64,000 bases of DNA from a virus. A program made the position numbers and the translations under genes. Below the pieces are notes generated by a model. That model was not told the DNA's origin. It worked only from the letters and a program-made list of their open reading frames with translations, and did no database searches. Shown one piece after another: positions 8,979 through 19,887 of this stretch (position 1 is its first letter; each line of letters begins with the position of its first letter). The DNA lies in IMG/VR virus record IMGVR_UViG_3300028610_001353, positions 5,540-69,539 of that record; one strand, written 5' to 3'.

Positions 8979-9403
8979 CGTTTCCTCAGTGCTTCTTTGG
9001 CTCGCTGAAAATCCGCAACGGTTACGCGGACCCCATCGTTGTTGTTCCAGATGCCCGACTCCTCGGGGTCGTTCTTCTTGCCGACCGTCATGTGACTGGC
9101 CGCCTTGGCGAACGGAGCGAGAGCGGCCTTCAGACCCTCGACGTACTCTTGGCGTTTCTCCATGGCGGCCATCCGTCGCTCAAAGGGACTCGGCCCACGT
9201 TTCGCCGCTCGTTCTTCGGCGGCGCCCGGGCGATGGACGCCACACCATTTAGCGTCTGACCCAGAAGACTCGGTGCCGTCGTCGTTGTACTTGGGGCGCC
9301 AGCGGCATTGATGGATGTCTATCCGATCGCCATGCACCGGCGCCCGGCAGTACGATTTATTGACCTTCTCGTGACTCCAGTGGGGCTTGAATTCACGTGG
9401 CAT
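8975..9403 (-). CDS. Hypothetical protein, possibly Zn-binding
   Basis: C..C..CxxH pattern; overlaps the neighbouring gene. Confidence 0.55.
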   Translation of the reverse strand: MPREFKPHWSHEKVNKSYCRAPVHGDRIDIHQCRWRPKYNDDGTESSGSDAKWCGVHRPGAAEERAAKRGPSPFERRMAAMEKRQEYVEGLKAALAPFAKAASHMTVGKKNDPEESGIWNNNDGVRVTVADFQRAKEALRKR

Positions 9404-9848
9404 CGTTCAAACCTTCTCTCCTTCCGGCCTCGCGGACGCGTTATCACACGTATTGCGTTTGCCAACCACGTAGGCAGGTAGGCAGAGTCCGCTCTCGCCG
9501 CAACGATGATAGGGAGTTGGCGGCAGAGGTGCGATTACATACCTGCACAGTCGGCACGGCACATCGCCATGCTTGGCTTTTCGGTAGTTCTTCATTTGGT
9601 AGCTCCTTTCTCGAAGGTCCGTCAGTCGTTGCCGCGACGATCCACAGCCGGACAATAGTCGAATCCAAGGGCGCACCCCTGCCCGGGTCTACACACCAGG
9701 CACGGGCCTTGCTCAGGATCAGCGTCCCAATCCAACTCTTCGTGGTGGTTTGTTTTGCCGGCCACTTCGATCTCCTTTCACCACATAATCAATTGGCCAG
9801 AGAACGGCAGGCCGCCATTCGCCTTCCGAAACCACTCAGCTCGGTCTA

Positions 9849-10280
9849 TCACCACGGCGTTCCCGTGGCTGCTAGCACCTCTTCGAGTGTTACACAAATG
9901 TGGTCACACATCTTGACCATCAGTTCAGGTTCGCCTACTGCCAGCAACAGGACTGTCAGCTTGCCCGCGCCGGCGGCCCAGCCGAGTTCCAGCGAGGCGC
10001 TTCGCCCGAAAGGCTGCACCGCCACTACGGCCTCGCACCACCTCAGAGCGTCCATGTCCGACGCGAACCCAGCCTCGGCCGTCGGATGTGACAAACACTC
10101 CCGGTACCTCTCGGGCGTCCATGCCTCCCAAGCCGGATCAATCTCCGACCAGTGAAAGCCGTTGTCGCCATCACGCGGATTGCGGAAGTCGTAGACCTCG
10201 TGGCCCATGTTGCGGAGTGCCTGAACCACTTCCGGCTGATGGCCATTTCTCCAAGATGACGCAACGTAGATTTTCATCAC
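9849..10280 (-). CDS. Nucleoside 2-deoxyribosyltransferase-like protein
   Basis: MKIYVASSWRN...DMDALRWCEAVV...GRSASLELGWA motif pattern. Confidence 0.7.
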   Translation of the reverse strand: MMKIYVASSWRNGHQPEVVQALRNMGHEVYDFRNPRDGDNGFHWSEIDPAWEAWTPERYRECLSHPTAEAGFASDMDALRWCEAVVAVQPFGRSASLELGWAAGAGKLTVLLLAVGEPELMVKMCDHICVTLEEVLAATGTPW

Positions 10281-10482
10281 TCCTCCCCTCTCGCCGCTTC
10301 AGCGGCTGCATACTGTTGCTCGAACTCCGCCATTGAGCAGTCGAGTCCGTCCTCGGAAATTGCGAAGCTGAGCTTGTCCCGCAACCGCTTGACCTCGGCC
10401 TCTAGCTCGTGACAGGCCGCGACGTATGGGTGCATTGTTCCGACAGCAAGCCGCAACTCATCGGACCCCATATCGTTGATGT

Positions 10483-11508
10483 TTATTCGCGACATCTAGT
10501 CATCCTCCCTGACCGGTTGCCGCTTGCTGGATACTGCCGCAGCTTCGCCCACTCCGGCCACTCGACAGGGTCTTTGGACACACGGTCGTTGATCGGAATT
10601 TGTTTCACGAACACCGGCACGCCCGCCGCGTCGCACTGGTCGATGGGTGACTTCACCCAGTCGAGTTCGCACGGGCGCCGGTTGGGGCCGGACTCGCAGC
10701 CGATGATTACCCAGTCGATTCCCAGGTCGCGGTACGATTCGCAGGCATCAAACGGCTTGCCACGAGCGTCTTTCGCAACGCACGGGTGCCCCCATGGCAG
10801 ATCGCCGGGCACCCAGGCATCGCATTCCGTGCAGTGTGCCCGCGGCAACACGATCTCTTCCAACAACGGCTCCAGCGAAAGGAACCGCACGGCCGCCGGG
10901 GTCTTCAGTAGGTGCGGAATCCGCTTGTCGGCCATCTCTTGGTTTTCGACGGTGGTGCCGAGGTGAACGTTGGAGAGCGGCCAACTCTGTGCCTCGAAAT
11001 GAAAACCGCCGCCCTCGCAGATAATGTCCATCCGCCTTTCCCGCTCCACCCGGGAGAGACCATGTGCTTTGCACCACTTTTCCACATCATCGTGGGTCGA
11101 GATAGATGGTCCCGTAAAATAGTGGAATCCGTTCCAAAGCTGGTGCCTGTCTGTGATATACTCAGCCATCCGCTTCGGCCGCTTGGTCAATACCAGAAAC
11201 GTATGCTGCGGACAAAGCGCCATCACCGCGAACGCCTTGTCAATGAACTCGTCCGGCACGTGCTCGTGAAACAGGTCGCTCATCGAATCGACGAACACCA
11301 TTCGCGGCTTCTTCCAGCGAAGCGGAATCCCCAGCGCCTCCGGATGGCAGACGACCTTGCTGAACCCAGCGGCGTACTTCTTGACGCCCATCGCCTGAAG
11401 TCGTTTCGACATCCGCTCGGCGTAGCAGTGCTTGCAGCCGGGGGAAATCTTCGTGCAGCCGGTTGTGACGTTCCAGGTCTCGTCGGCCCACTGTATTCCG
11501 GTTCCCAT
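10483..11508 (-). CDS. DUF5131 / phage Gp37-Gp68 family protein (radical-SAM-like)
   Basis: IQWADETWN..TGCTKISPGCKHCYA, FVDSMSDLFH, LTKRP, FLSLEPLL, WVIIGCESG, VPVFVKQ. Confidence 0.9.
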   Translation of the reverse strand: MGTGIQWADETWNVTTGCTKISPGCKHCYAERMSKRLQAMGVKKYAAGFSKVVCHPEALGIPLRWKKPRMVFVDSMSDLFHEHVPDEFIDKAFAVMALCPQHTFLVLTKRPKRMAEYITDRHQLWNGFHYFTGPSISTHDDVEKWCKAHGLSRVERERRMDIICEGGGFHFEAQSWPLSNVHLGTTVENQEMADKRIPHLLKTPAAVRFLSLEPLLEEIVLPRAHCTECDAWVPGDLPWGHPCVAKDARGKPFDACESYRDLGIDWVIIGCESGPNRRPCELDWVKSPIDQCDAAGVPVFVKQIPINDRVSKDPVEWPEWAKLRQYPASGNRSGRMTRCRE

Positions 11509-12259
11509 CAGTCCGTCCCTTCCCGCCGCTTCAACGGAAGCACGCATACGGTTTCGCGCGAACCGTCGAACCGCACGTGATGCGCGACGCCGTTTTGTTC
11601 CAGGTCCGCGACAAGGCGACCGAGACGAAAACCATCCTCGGTGTTGGTGGCGGTCAGGTTCAGGCTGATCTCTGTTTTGGACGCGTATAATCTAGTATGC
11701 ATTAGTCCGTTACCTCCTCGGATTGGTTGGTGGTTAAAAACCAGCCGCGACAGTGACGCCCCGGGTAAGGCCCGCCGCGGCTGGTTGTCGAACTTTAACG
11801 ATATGGTCTCATAACTTGCTCCTTTCAAGTTTTGTTGATTTAGCGTATGTGCTTTCAACCTCTTTCGCTTTCATGCTTTTTCTTTGTTTTGGTCTCAGGC
11901 CTCCAGGCGAGGCCGTAAGTCGCTAAGTATGCCCCGATGTGAACCGCCCAACGTGTTGCCTGGGCGCGGCGGCTCCGTGTTGCGCCCGCTTGCTAATGTG
12001 TGCCGGAACTACTCCGCCTGGCAGTAGCGCCGGTGGAATGATTTTTACGATCATGCCGTCGCCTTGGCCTCAAACAACTCCTCTTTACCCGGACTGCTGG
12101 GCGCTAAGTGAATCAGCCGAACCAGCGCCTCGTGCAAGACAGCCTTGGTCTCGTGGACTGTGTCAGCCTCCACGGCCGCATCGACGACGGCAGACACCAG
12201 CCCGTCCAGTTCTCGCCCGTGTACGCCGCCAATAACGACTTCCTTTTTGAATCGCAGCA

Positions 12260-12565
12260 TCATTTCTTCTTTTCGGTAAGCTCCTCAATCACGCCCTCGA
12301 CGGGTCTCCACCTTCCTGCCCTGAAGTCCTCCAATGATTTCCGGAAATCCTCCGTATCTGGTTCTGGAGGCGATGTCGCAAAAGCCTGCATGTCCTCAAA
12401 ATGGGCCATCCGCCCAAACCCGACTGTCCACCACAGGAAGCGGAGGCTTATTAGCGGGGATCGAACATCGACGTGTATCCACAACCCGATTCGCGACCAG
12501 TGATCTTGGACGAAGTCGAACTTCCACTTGACTGGTATCTCGTACATCAGTTGTTCTCCTTTCAC
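12260..12565 (-). CDS. Hypothetical protein
   Basis: ORF overlapping its neighbours in a dense small-gene string (12051-12831). Confidence 0.5.
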   Translation of the reverse strand: MKGEQLMYEIPVKWKFDFVQDHWSRIGLWIHVDVRSPLISLRFLWWTVGFGRMAHFEDMQAFATSPPEPDTEDFRKSLEDFRAGRWRPVEGVIEELTEKKK

Positions 12566-13084
12566 AACACCGCTGTCGACGATGGATAGACATGCCCGTT
12601 CTCACACGTGTCGTTGCCGTTCGGCCGCCGCTCCCTCTCTTTGCACGTCGCGCCGCAGTGAGGGCAGCAGCCACAGAAGCCACTTTGTCGCCGCTCCTCT
12701 CGGAGGAGCTTATCCCACGCTGCTTTGCCTGCCTGTTGCCACGGCATGCGTACTTTGCCAGGGTGTTTATCCGCGAACTGGCAGGCACAAATCAGTGCCG
12801 AGAGTTCGTTGGGCGTGAATGCTATAGCCATTCGTAAATCTCCTTTCTTCCCACCACACCACCACGCTCGGCAGCACGACGCAGGCGGTGATGGCGAGGA
12901 TGGTCACTTGCACGACTCCACAAACTTGTTCAGCTCGTCCACCGCTTTCGCGGCATCCGCCACCGCCAACGAGGCGAAGGGGAGGTCATCGACAAGGGCG
13001 GCACTGCCTAAGTCCATCACGTAACCATGTAGCGTCATAGCGCGACGGAGGAGTTCAGCTTGTTGAGCGGGGGTCATGGGTTAT

Positions 13085-13400
13085 CCTTGCGGTCGTTTTG
13101 CAAATGTGAGTTTAGTGAAAATAAGTAACACGGGTTGAATTGCCCCAGGTGGTCCAGTGTCCCAGTAGTTTCAACCTAACTTCATTAAGGAGAAGTGTTC
13201 TTGTAGAGAGAGGAAGAAAGCGCTATAGAGACAAGAATAGGAAACACTGGACATACCGGGACACCTAGGACAGATTCGGCCAAAAAACAACACACTGGTA
13301 AATCTCGGTAAAATAATAATGGATGCAAAAATTAACATAGGATGCGTAAATTAGGTAACAATGCCCTAGTGTCCTAGCAAAACAGACAAACTCGAAGTGT
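13085..13400. other. Putative replication origin
   Basis: AT-rich non-coding gap directly downstream of the primase-helicase, with iterated (C)CAGTGTCC(C/T)AG-like motifs in inverted orientation (13141-13164, 13245-13272, 13364-13377). Confidence 0.55.
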
Positions 13401-13405
13401 TACGC

Positions 13406-15823
13406 TCAAAATCGCAATCCTCCGATGCCTACCTCTGGAGGGTTAAACACAATTCCACGATAGTAGTATGGACGACTGCCACCACACGACACCCGAAGCC
13501 GTTCGCATGATGGAAACACCCTACGGACTTCTTTGCCGAATCTAGCCTCACCGAGGGGGTGGTAGCCCATCGACCTGCACCACTTGGTGTACTCCTCGTA
13601 CAGTTCAGTCGTGAAAGTCATCGACGCCTCAGCGCCGATCTCGCAATGCTCCAACAGAAAAGCCCTCGCCGGGTTGGTCTCGGTCTGATACTCCTCGATG
13701 GCATCGACCGACTTCTTTGATTCGGTGAAATGCCATTGCGTTCGAAGCCGATGAAGCCCCAGCACGGCCCACCAGAAGATGCCGGGCAGTTCGCCCGATT
13801 GCTCCCACCATTTCGCTTGATCCATCCCGTGAACCCGCTCATCTTCGCTGATCGTCTGGTCGAATTTGACGATCAGCATCCGGCGCCAAAGTCCCTTTGA
13901 GCCGTCGCGAAACCGTGGCCGATTATTGGCTGACATCATGAATCGAGCCGTTGGCGTGGCTGAAAATGCCTGCTTGTATTTCTCCTCGAACTGCATTGGA
14001 TCGCCCGACGTAAACGCCTTTAGGATGCCTTCCGCGGCCGCATCCATTTCGCTGCATTCGGTGGCGATGTTCGCGAGCTTGCCCAGCGTGGTGGAAAGCT
14101 GGTACTTGTCGCCGAACCTCTCAAGTGAAACATTCGATACGTTTTGCTGGCCGAGCAAAGCGGTCAACGCTGCGCAAAAAACACTCTTTCCGTTCTGCCC
14201 TTCGCCCTCTAGAAACAGGAACTTTTGCATGCTGGTGTCGTGCGTGAGACAGTAGCCGGCCCACTCTTGCAGGGTCAAAACGCTCTTCTCATCGCCCTTC
14301 ATCACGCGAGCCAGAAACGCATCCCACTTCGGCGATGCACAATGTTTGCAATCGGTATCAATCGCGTACGGCAAATGGATGGGGGAAAACCAATTCGACG
14401 AGTGCGGCAGATTCCAGTCTTCGCGGACCTCTAAAAAAGCGTCCAAGTCGAGAATGCAATTCTGCATCGTTACGCAGTTCGGCCGGTCGGTACCGTCCAG
14501 CCAGGTTTGCTGTCGCGTACTGCCGGCCAGGTTGGCGTAAGATCTCACCGCCTGGAGCACATCGCCTACGATCTTGGTTGTTACCTTGCGAGCTTTCGAC
14601 GGTTCTTCCTCTGGTTCTCCCTGGCCGCCTTTCTGCCGCGTTGCAGCCTTCATCTGAGCTTCCACGTTGATTCGGTCGAACTCGGCTTTGATGGCCTTGG
14701 TGATCTCTGCGCGTAAGTCGGCTTCGATCAGCGATCGGTAGTACGTGTCCCACGACCAGTATTCACCGCGCCAATAGACGATCTTCTCCCATGGCGAGTA
14801 TTCATCCATGAAAGCTCTGGCAAGCCGATGCGGATCGTCGTCGGCCTCCTCCGCGTCCATCTGCACGGGAATGTGGGTTGGCGTATCGGCCAAGATCTTC
14901 AGAAACCGATCGCGGGTGCCACCGGCCGCGATCCATTCCACCACATCACCCTTATCCGGGAGATCCGGCAGTTTGACGATCCGCACGTCGATGCCTGGCT
15001 TGAGCCGGCGAAGTTTCGCTGCCATCAACTGGCCAAATGCCTCGCCGGCTGGATCGTTGTCCGGCACGATAGCGATGGTCTTGAACCGCAAAACCGGCGA
15101 CCAGTCGGCGTGGCCATAGGCTTTCTCGCCGCCAGCGTTGGTTGCAGACGGCAACCCCATGGCAGCCGCGGCGTCAACCGCTTTCTCCCCGCCGTGGATG
15201 GTCACCAAGTCTGGCGGCGCTGCTTCCAGTTCCTGGCGGCGATACAGTGGCCGCGGTCCCGGTGGGTAGCCAGCCTGCCAGCCTTTGCCGCCTTCTAGGC
15301 CGAGCGGTACCTGGTGGACCGGTCGAAATTCCTTCTGCTGTTTCTCGCCGGCCGGGGTCGGCACGTCGAACCGCAGCACGTGGAAGGTGTCGTATTCCCA
15401 CGTCTTCACTAACCGAGCCGGCCCGCCGTGCGACTTTGCCAGCCCGTCCAGAAACCAACGCACGATGCCTTGCGTGGTGGCAAATACCCGAGGCTTGTGG
15501 GCCTTACCGTTCTTCTTGTGCGTCGGCCTGGCTCCCAGGTATTCACAGAGTGTGTTCACCACTTCCTTGAACGGTCGGCCGGTCAGCCAGCCGAGAGCCG
15601 CGATGCCGTCGCCGTTCTTCGCGTGGAAGCACTGGTTGCAGAGTAGGGCGCCGTTGTCCAAGTCGATGGCTCGAAACCGGTCCTCGCCGCCACACCGTGG
15701 ACAAGGTCCATGCCGCTTCTGACAACTTGAATCGAGTTGAACACCGGCAATCGTGGCAAATATCTCAATCCACCGGCCCTGCGCCATGGCCTTTAGCTCT
15801 GTAATGTTGACTTGCCGTGCCAT
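13406..15823 (-). CDS. DNA primase/helicase (Zn ribbon + Toprim + D5/P4-type SF3 helicase)
   Basis: HGPCPRCGGEDRF zinc ribbon, GEKA...PDNDPAG Toprim, Walker A GEGQNGKS, NNRPRF..LWRRM. Confidence 0.93.
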   Translation of the reverse strand: MARQVNITELKAMAQGRWIEIFATIAGVQLDSSCQKRHGPCPRCGGEDRFRAIDLDNGALLCNQCFHAKNGDGIAALGWLTGRPFKEVVNTLCEYLGARPTHKKNGKAHKPRVFATTQGIVRWFLDGLAKSHGGPARLVKTWEYDTFHVLRFDVPTPAGEKQQKEFRPVHQVPLGLEGGKGWQAGYPPGPRPLYRRQELEAAPPDLVTIHGGEKAVDAAAAMGLPSATNAGGEKAYGHADWSPVLRFKTIAIVPDNDPAGEAFGQLMAAKLRRLKPGIDVRIVKLPDLPDKGDVVEWIAAGGTRDRFLKILADTPTHIPVQMDAEEADDDPHRLARAFMDEYSPWEKIVYWRGEYWSWDTYYRSLIEADLRAEITKAIKAEFDRINVEAQMKAATRQKGGQGEPEEEPSKARKVTTKIVGDVLQAVRSYANLAGSTRQQTWLDGTDRPNCVTMQNCILDLDAFLEVREDWNLPHSSNWFSPIHLPYAIDTDCKHCASPKWDAFLARVMKGDEKSVLTLQEWAGYCLTHDTSMQKFLFLEGEGQNGKSVFCAALTALLGQQNVSNVSLERFGDKYQLSTTLGKLANIATECSEMDAAAEGILKAFTSGDPMQFEEKYKQAFSATPTARFMMSANNRPRFRDGSKGLWRRMLIVKFDQTISEDERVHGMDQAKWWEQSGELPGIFWWAVLGLHRLRTQWHFTESKKSVDAIEEYQTETNPARAFLLEHCEIGAEASMTFTTELYEEYTKWCRSMGYHPLGEARFGKEVRRVFPSCERLRVSCGGSRPYYYRGIVFNPPEVGIGGLRF

Positions 15824-15838
15824 CTAGCATCCGTGCGT

Positions 15839-16405
15839 CTATTGTTTCTGTTGCTCTTTCCAAAACGCCATCAAAATCGCAAACGTCCTCAACTCCGCGC
15901 CCCGTCGATCGCCGCACGCCCACCAGTGAACCCGGGGATAGCGGATCGACCAGGCCGCAATCGTGCCCTCCACGCTACGTGGGTTGGTTTGATTCACCCA
16001 CCCTGGCCGATATTCCTGCGGAGCTACGATCTCCCGCCAGTCGGCCTCAATGACTACGGCCGCGAAACCGGGCAGGGAATCCAACCGCACGATTTCATGC
16101 TCGAATCGTCTGCGGCCCCAGGTGACCGAACCGTATAAGTCGTCCAGGGATTTCCGCTCGACGGCGACCAGCGATTCCATGCCCTCGATACTGTAGTCAC
16201 CGGACGGCAGGCCGACGTGCCGCTTTTTCACGGCCAACAACTCGCCTTCGTTCGTCGTCATTCCGCTGAAGTCGTAGGGAAGTTGTTCGCGGGTATCGAC
16301 CAGGACGGTGAACGGGCAGACGACAAGCGGTTTGGCGGTGACGTCGCCGGCGGCCTTGGCCCGCTTTTGCCGGGGGATTCGGAGGTTGTTCAGGTCGAAG
16401 GTCAT
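15839..16405 (-). CDS. ERCC4-domain structure-specific nuclease
   Basis: VLVDTREQ...LPSGDYS...VERKSLDDL signature. Confidence 0.9.
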   Translation of the reverse strand: MTFDLNNLRIPRQKRAKAAGDVTAKPLVVCPFTVLVDTREQLPYDFSGMTTNEGELLAVKKRHVGLPSGDYSIEGMESLVAVERKSLDDLYGSVTWGRRRFEHEIVRLDSLPGFAAVVIEADWREIVAPQEYRPGWVNQTNPRSVEGTIAAWSIRYPRVHWWACGDRRGAELRTFAILMAFWKEQQKQ

Positions 16406-16420
16406 ACCAACGCCTCTCTG

Positions 16421-16666
16421 CTAATCGTGAAACCAACGCTGGATGCCTTCCAGCATGTTCTCCAGAGCAACCAACTGTCTTTTCGTGACGTGCTCGTGCT
16501 TTTCGATATAGATACCAATATCGGTAGTCGTCTCTAACACTTGTATTCCAAAATCCTCAGCTCGTTCCGGCAACTCTTCTGCCAAGGATTGAATTTCCCT
16601 CACCAAATCAAGAGCGTTTGCTGCATCATCCTTGTCCGGCAAGCCGTCTAAACTGAACGTGTTCAT
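16421..16666 (-). CDS. Hypothetical acidic protein
   Basis: 81-aa ORF in operon order. Confidence 0.55.
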   Translation of the reverse strand: MNTFSLDGLPDKDDAANALDLVREIQSLAEELPERAEDFGIQVLETTTDIGIYIEKHEHVTKRQLVALENMLEGIQRWFHD

Positions 16667-16668
16667 AC

Positions 16669-17544
16669 TTACGCTTCCTGGAATTCTGGCTTGGCCTTCC
16701 TTAATTTCACCATGGCGTCAACCATCGCATCGTATCCGGTCTCACCGAAGCCTTTGATATCTTTCCACCAAAAGTCCTCAGCCCCGGTCTTGTTCATCCG
16801 GTCTATCAACTTGCCCATTGTGGTGAGACCGGCTTCTTCCAGAAGCTTCAGCTTTCCGGCCGGCAGACCGTATTCCGCAAGACAATCAACCTTCCACCGC
16901 CGCCACGCTTTCGGGTTTGGCGCCGCCGGCGTTGCGTTGTCATCCGTCTCAGCTGCCTTTTCTTCCGATGCGTCGAACTGTCTTTCCATGGGCCGGTCGG
17001 CGTGGCGAATTCCATCCGATATAGTTTTATTGTGGCCGACTATCCGGTCGATGCCGAATTCTTTGATTTCCTCATAGAACGCGGCCACGGGATGCCGGCG
17101 GAGTCGCCACAATAACCGGTCTTTAGTGTCCCGCTTTTGCTTGCCTTCCGAATTCATGGCCGGTCGGAAATGACACAACTCGTGGAAGATGCGATGTTTC
17201 TTCTCGGTTTCATCCAGCGTTGACCATTGATCGCGGGGCAATTTGATGAACAAATCCACCGTTCCGTTTCCGCTCTCCTCGGATAGGTTGCGGTCCAACT
17301 CACTGGCCTTGCAGCACTGGGCTCCCGTGGCAATACCATCAACGTCGGCTTTCCAATCTTTCTGCCACCACAGCTTGATGTTTGCAACTTTCAAATGCTC
17401 AAAGCACGGCTTCTCGGCGATCATTGATTCCATGATCGCGTAGGGTTCCGTGATCTTGCCCGCGTGTTTGCGAGGGATCAGTTGAACTTTTGTGGCCGTC
17501 TTCTTTTCAGCCTTCTCGCCTGTGTTCGATCGCTTGCGTCCCAT
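16669..17544 (-). CDS. Putative phage metallopeptidase-domain protein
   Basis: HELCH (HExxH) after W..L...; C-terminal HhH-like DIKGFGE. Confidence 0.65.
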   Translation of the reverse strand: MGRKRSNTGEKAEKKTATKVQLIPRKHAGKITEPYAIMESMIAEKPCFEHLKVANIKLWWQKDWKADVDGIATGAQCCKASELDRNLSEESGNGTVDLFIKLPRDQWSTLDETEKKHRIFHELCHFRPAMNSEGKQKRDTKDRLLWRLRRHPVAAFYEEIKEFGIDRIVGHNKTISDGIRHADRPMERQFDASEEKAAETDDNATPAAPNPKAWRRWKVDCLAEYGLPAGKLKLLEEAGLTTMGKLIDRMNKTGAEDFWWKDIKGFGETGYDAMVDAMVKLRKAKPEFQEA

Positions 17545-17580
17545 GATAGAACTCCTTTTGGTTGAAATAGTAAATTCTAA

Positions 17581-19005
17581 TTACGCCAACGCCTCCTCAA
17601 ATCCACGTGCTATCGACTGTTGCTCCAGTTCCTGGATCGACTCAACCAGGAAGGTTTTGCGGTTCCAGATGTGAGACTTACTGCACATCCCGTCCAGTAC
17701 ATCCCGTTGGCCGATCGTGATTGCCAGTGTCGCGGCCCGGCTCAGAGCGGTGTAGAGCCAGCATCTATCGCACAGCATCCGGGCACCGGGGTAGCCGTCG
17801 GCCATGGTAATCACCACCGGCCAGTCCGAGCCTTGGCTCTTGTGGACCGACAGCGCGTAGGCTAGGTCCCACTTGCAGCCAGTCCCGGTTTCTTCGCCGT
17901 TCTCGTCCTGGTTGCCGTTGCCGCGTGGGATGCGAATGAGCCGATCGGGCAACCACATGCGAGCGATGGTGTAGGCCGGAAACACGGCCAGCACTTTCCC
18001 TTGTTCGCCGTTGGCAGCATATACCTTGCCGTCTTTTTGCTCAGCATTCCAGGGCCCGCCATCTTTCAAACCAAGCCTCATGGGATGTGGTTGAATTGAG
18101 AACCAGCCGTTCTTGCCGTTGACGATCTTGTCGGCCACGCGAAACGGGTTGCCGGCCACTGTCTCGCCGCCGGGGTTCAGAAACCCCTGGAGGATTCGAT
18201 TGAGGTTCACGCGGCCTAGCGGCGACTTTTCGTTGACCGGCACGACCACTTGGCAATCCCATACAGGGTCAATCCGCCGCCCCGCGATCGTGGTCCCACT
18301 GAGGAACTTCTCCAGGCCAGCCTTCAGCGTGTTGATCTGTTCGTCCGGTTCCCGTCTCTCGATGTGCAGCAGGTTCTCCGGCGATTCGGCGCCCAGGTCC
18401 AACCGGGGCGACGGCTCGAATCGGTGGCGGTCGATGATCGCGTGGCACGCTCGGACGATCCGGCCGCTGTTGCGTTGGATCTCGGTCAACTCGCCGTATG
18501 GCAGCCCGGCGGCGATCAGGTCGCGGAGCGGGGCGCCGAAGCCAACTGGAGCAAGCTGGTTGACGTCACCGATGAGCATCACCCGGCAGCCTGGTGCCCG
18601 GGCTTCCAAGAGAGACGCCGCCAACGGGGTGTCCATCATGGAAGCCTCGTCCACGAAGATCCAATCGAGTGGCAGCGGATTGTCCTCGTCGTGCTCAAAA
18701 GACCACTGGCCGCTGTCCTCATCACGATTGGGGCCTAGCAGAGAATGGATGGTCTTGGCCCGAATGCCACTCACACCGGCCTTCTGGAGCGATTCTGTGA
18801 TACGTACGGCGGCTTTGCCTGTTGGACTAGCAACGGCAAGTCGACCAGGTGGAATCTGGGAGAGAATGCGAGCCAGGGTAAAAGTTTTCCCCGTTCCCGG
18901 CTTCCCACCCAACAATCCCAGACAGCCACTGGCCGCGTCGGCGTACCGGTCCCGCTGGTGGTCGGATAGGTCGGGCAGAGATTGGGGGGAGGGCCAGGTG
19001 GTCAT
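17581..19005 (-). CDS. RecD2-like SF1 helicase, C-terminal (ATPase) half
   Basis: GKPGTGKT, SPTGKAA, TIHSLL, VDEASM, GDVNQL, LTEIQR, AYALSVHKSQGS, YTALSRA. Confidence 0.92.
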   Translation of the reverse strand: MTTWPSPQSLPDLSDHQRDRYADAASGCLGLLGGKPGTGKTFTLARILSQIPPGRLAVASPTGKAAVRITESLQKAGVSGIRAKTIHSLLGPNRDEDSGQWSFEHDEDNPLPLDWIFVDEASMMDTPLAASLLEARAPGCRVMLIGDVNQLAPVGFGAPLRDLIAAGLPYGELTEIQRNSGRIVRACHAIIDRHRFEPSPRLDLGAESPENLLHIERREPDEQINTLKAGLEKFLSGTTIAGRRIDPVWDCQVVVPVNEKSPLGRVNLNRILQGFLNPGGETVAGNPFRVADKIVNGKNGWFSIQPHPMRLGLKDGGPWNAEQKDGKVYAANGEQGKVLAVFPAYTIARMWLPDRLIRIPRGNGNQDENGEETGTGCKWDLAYALSVHKSQGSDWPVVITMADGYPGARMLCDRCWLYTALSRAATLAITIGQRDVLDGMCSKSHIWNRKTFLVESIQELEQQSIARGFEEALA

Positions 19006-19006
19006 C

Positions 19007-19864
19007 TTAGTTATTACCGTTCGCAGATTCATTGAGTACATACGGTATACTCATGGCGGTCGGTCCAGTGGCGGCAATCTTCAATTGCTTTACTTCCTCT
19101 CCCCTTACGGTTTTGTTCCATGCTATCGTAACCATCGCGCGCTCGTGATCTTTTGTCCATCGCTTTATTGCCGATCGACCAGCAGTCAAGGCACGCTCTC
19201 GCAATTGGTAGACAGGTTCATATTTCCCCAAGCCTTCTCCGTTGGTGAGCTTGTCAACAAACCATTGTGCCGTTTCAGATTCTTCTGGTGCATTGTCTTT
19301 CGCCCCGAGATAAACAACCGATGAGACAGTGGTCTGTCTAATAGCCATAGCTGTTCGTAAACCATGCTGTTTTAGTTTTGCCCCAAGTCTGATTGCTTGT
19401 TGCAGTTTGTCGTAATCACATTGGCAAAAAGCAACTACTTCCTCACGCCCAATATCAGTGTTGGACGTATTGTTCCAGTCCCATCGTGCCAACTTATGGC
19501 ACAAAATCAGCTTCGCGCAGGAGGCAAGACATGTACAATTCACCATTCCCATGTGCCGTAGCCAATCTGACGTCTTTCTCGCGGCGCCTTCGTCGATATG
19601 CACGCCAGTAACGTCAACGTCATAGGCGATGGCCGTTCTGATTGTCACTCCGCTCAGAATGACAGCCTCAATCCTATGCTGACCATCAATCACCACGTCA
19701 CCATTTCGCTTGAGAGTTTCTCCGTTAGTTTCCCAGCGTCCCTCAGTCATGTCGTTGGCGTATTTCTTAACCCTTCGTTTGTCCAACCTCCGAAAATTTC
19801 CTGTATTGCATTCACGCCATTCCATTGCCTCGATTGGCCCAAAATCTTTGACTACGATTCTCAT
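19007..19864 (-). CDS. ParB-like / DGQHR-motif protein
   Basis: NFRRLDKRRVKKYANDM..GRW..NGETL...IDGQHR; more AT-rich than the flanking genes. Confidence 0.7.
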   Translation of the reverse strand: MRIVVKDFGPIEAMEWRECNTGNFRRLDKRRVKKYANDMTEGRWETNGETLKRNGDVVIDGQHRIEAVILSGVTIRTAIAYDVDVTGVHIDEGAARKTSDWLRHMGMVNCTCLASCAKLILCHKLARWDWNNTSNTDIGREEVVAFCQCDYDKLQQAIRLGAKLKQHGLRTAMAIRQTTVSSVVYLGAKDNAPEESETAQWFVDKLTNGEGLGKYEPVYQLRERALTAGRSAIKRWTKDHERAMVTIAWNKTVRGEEVKQLKIAATGPTAMSIPYVLNESANGNN

Positions 19865-19887
19865 GACCGGTCTCCTTATTTAGTGGT

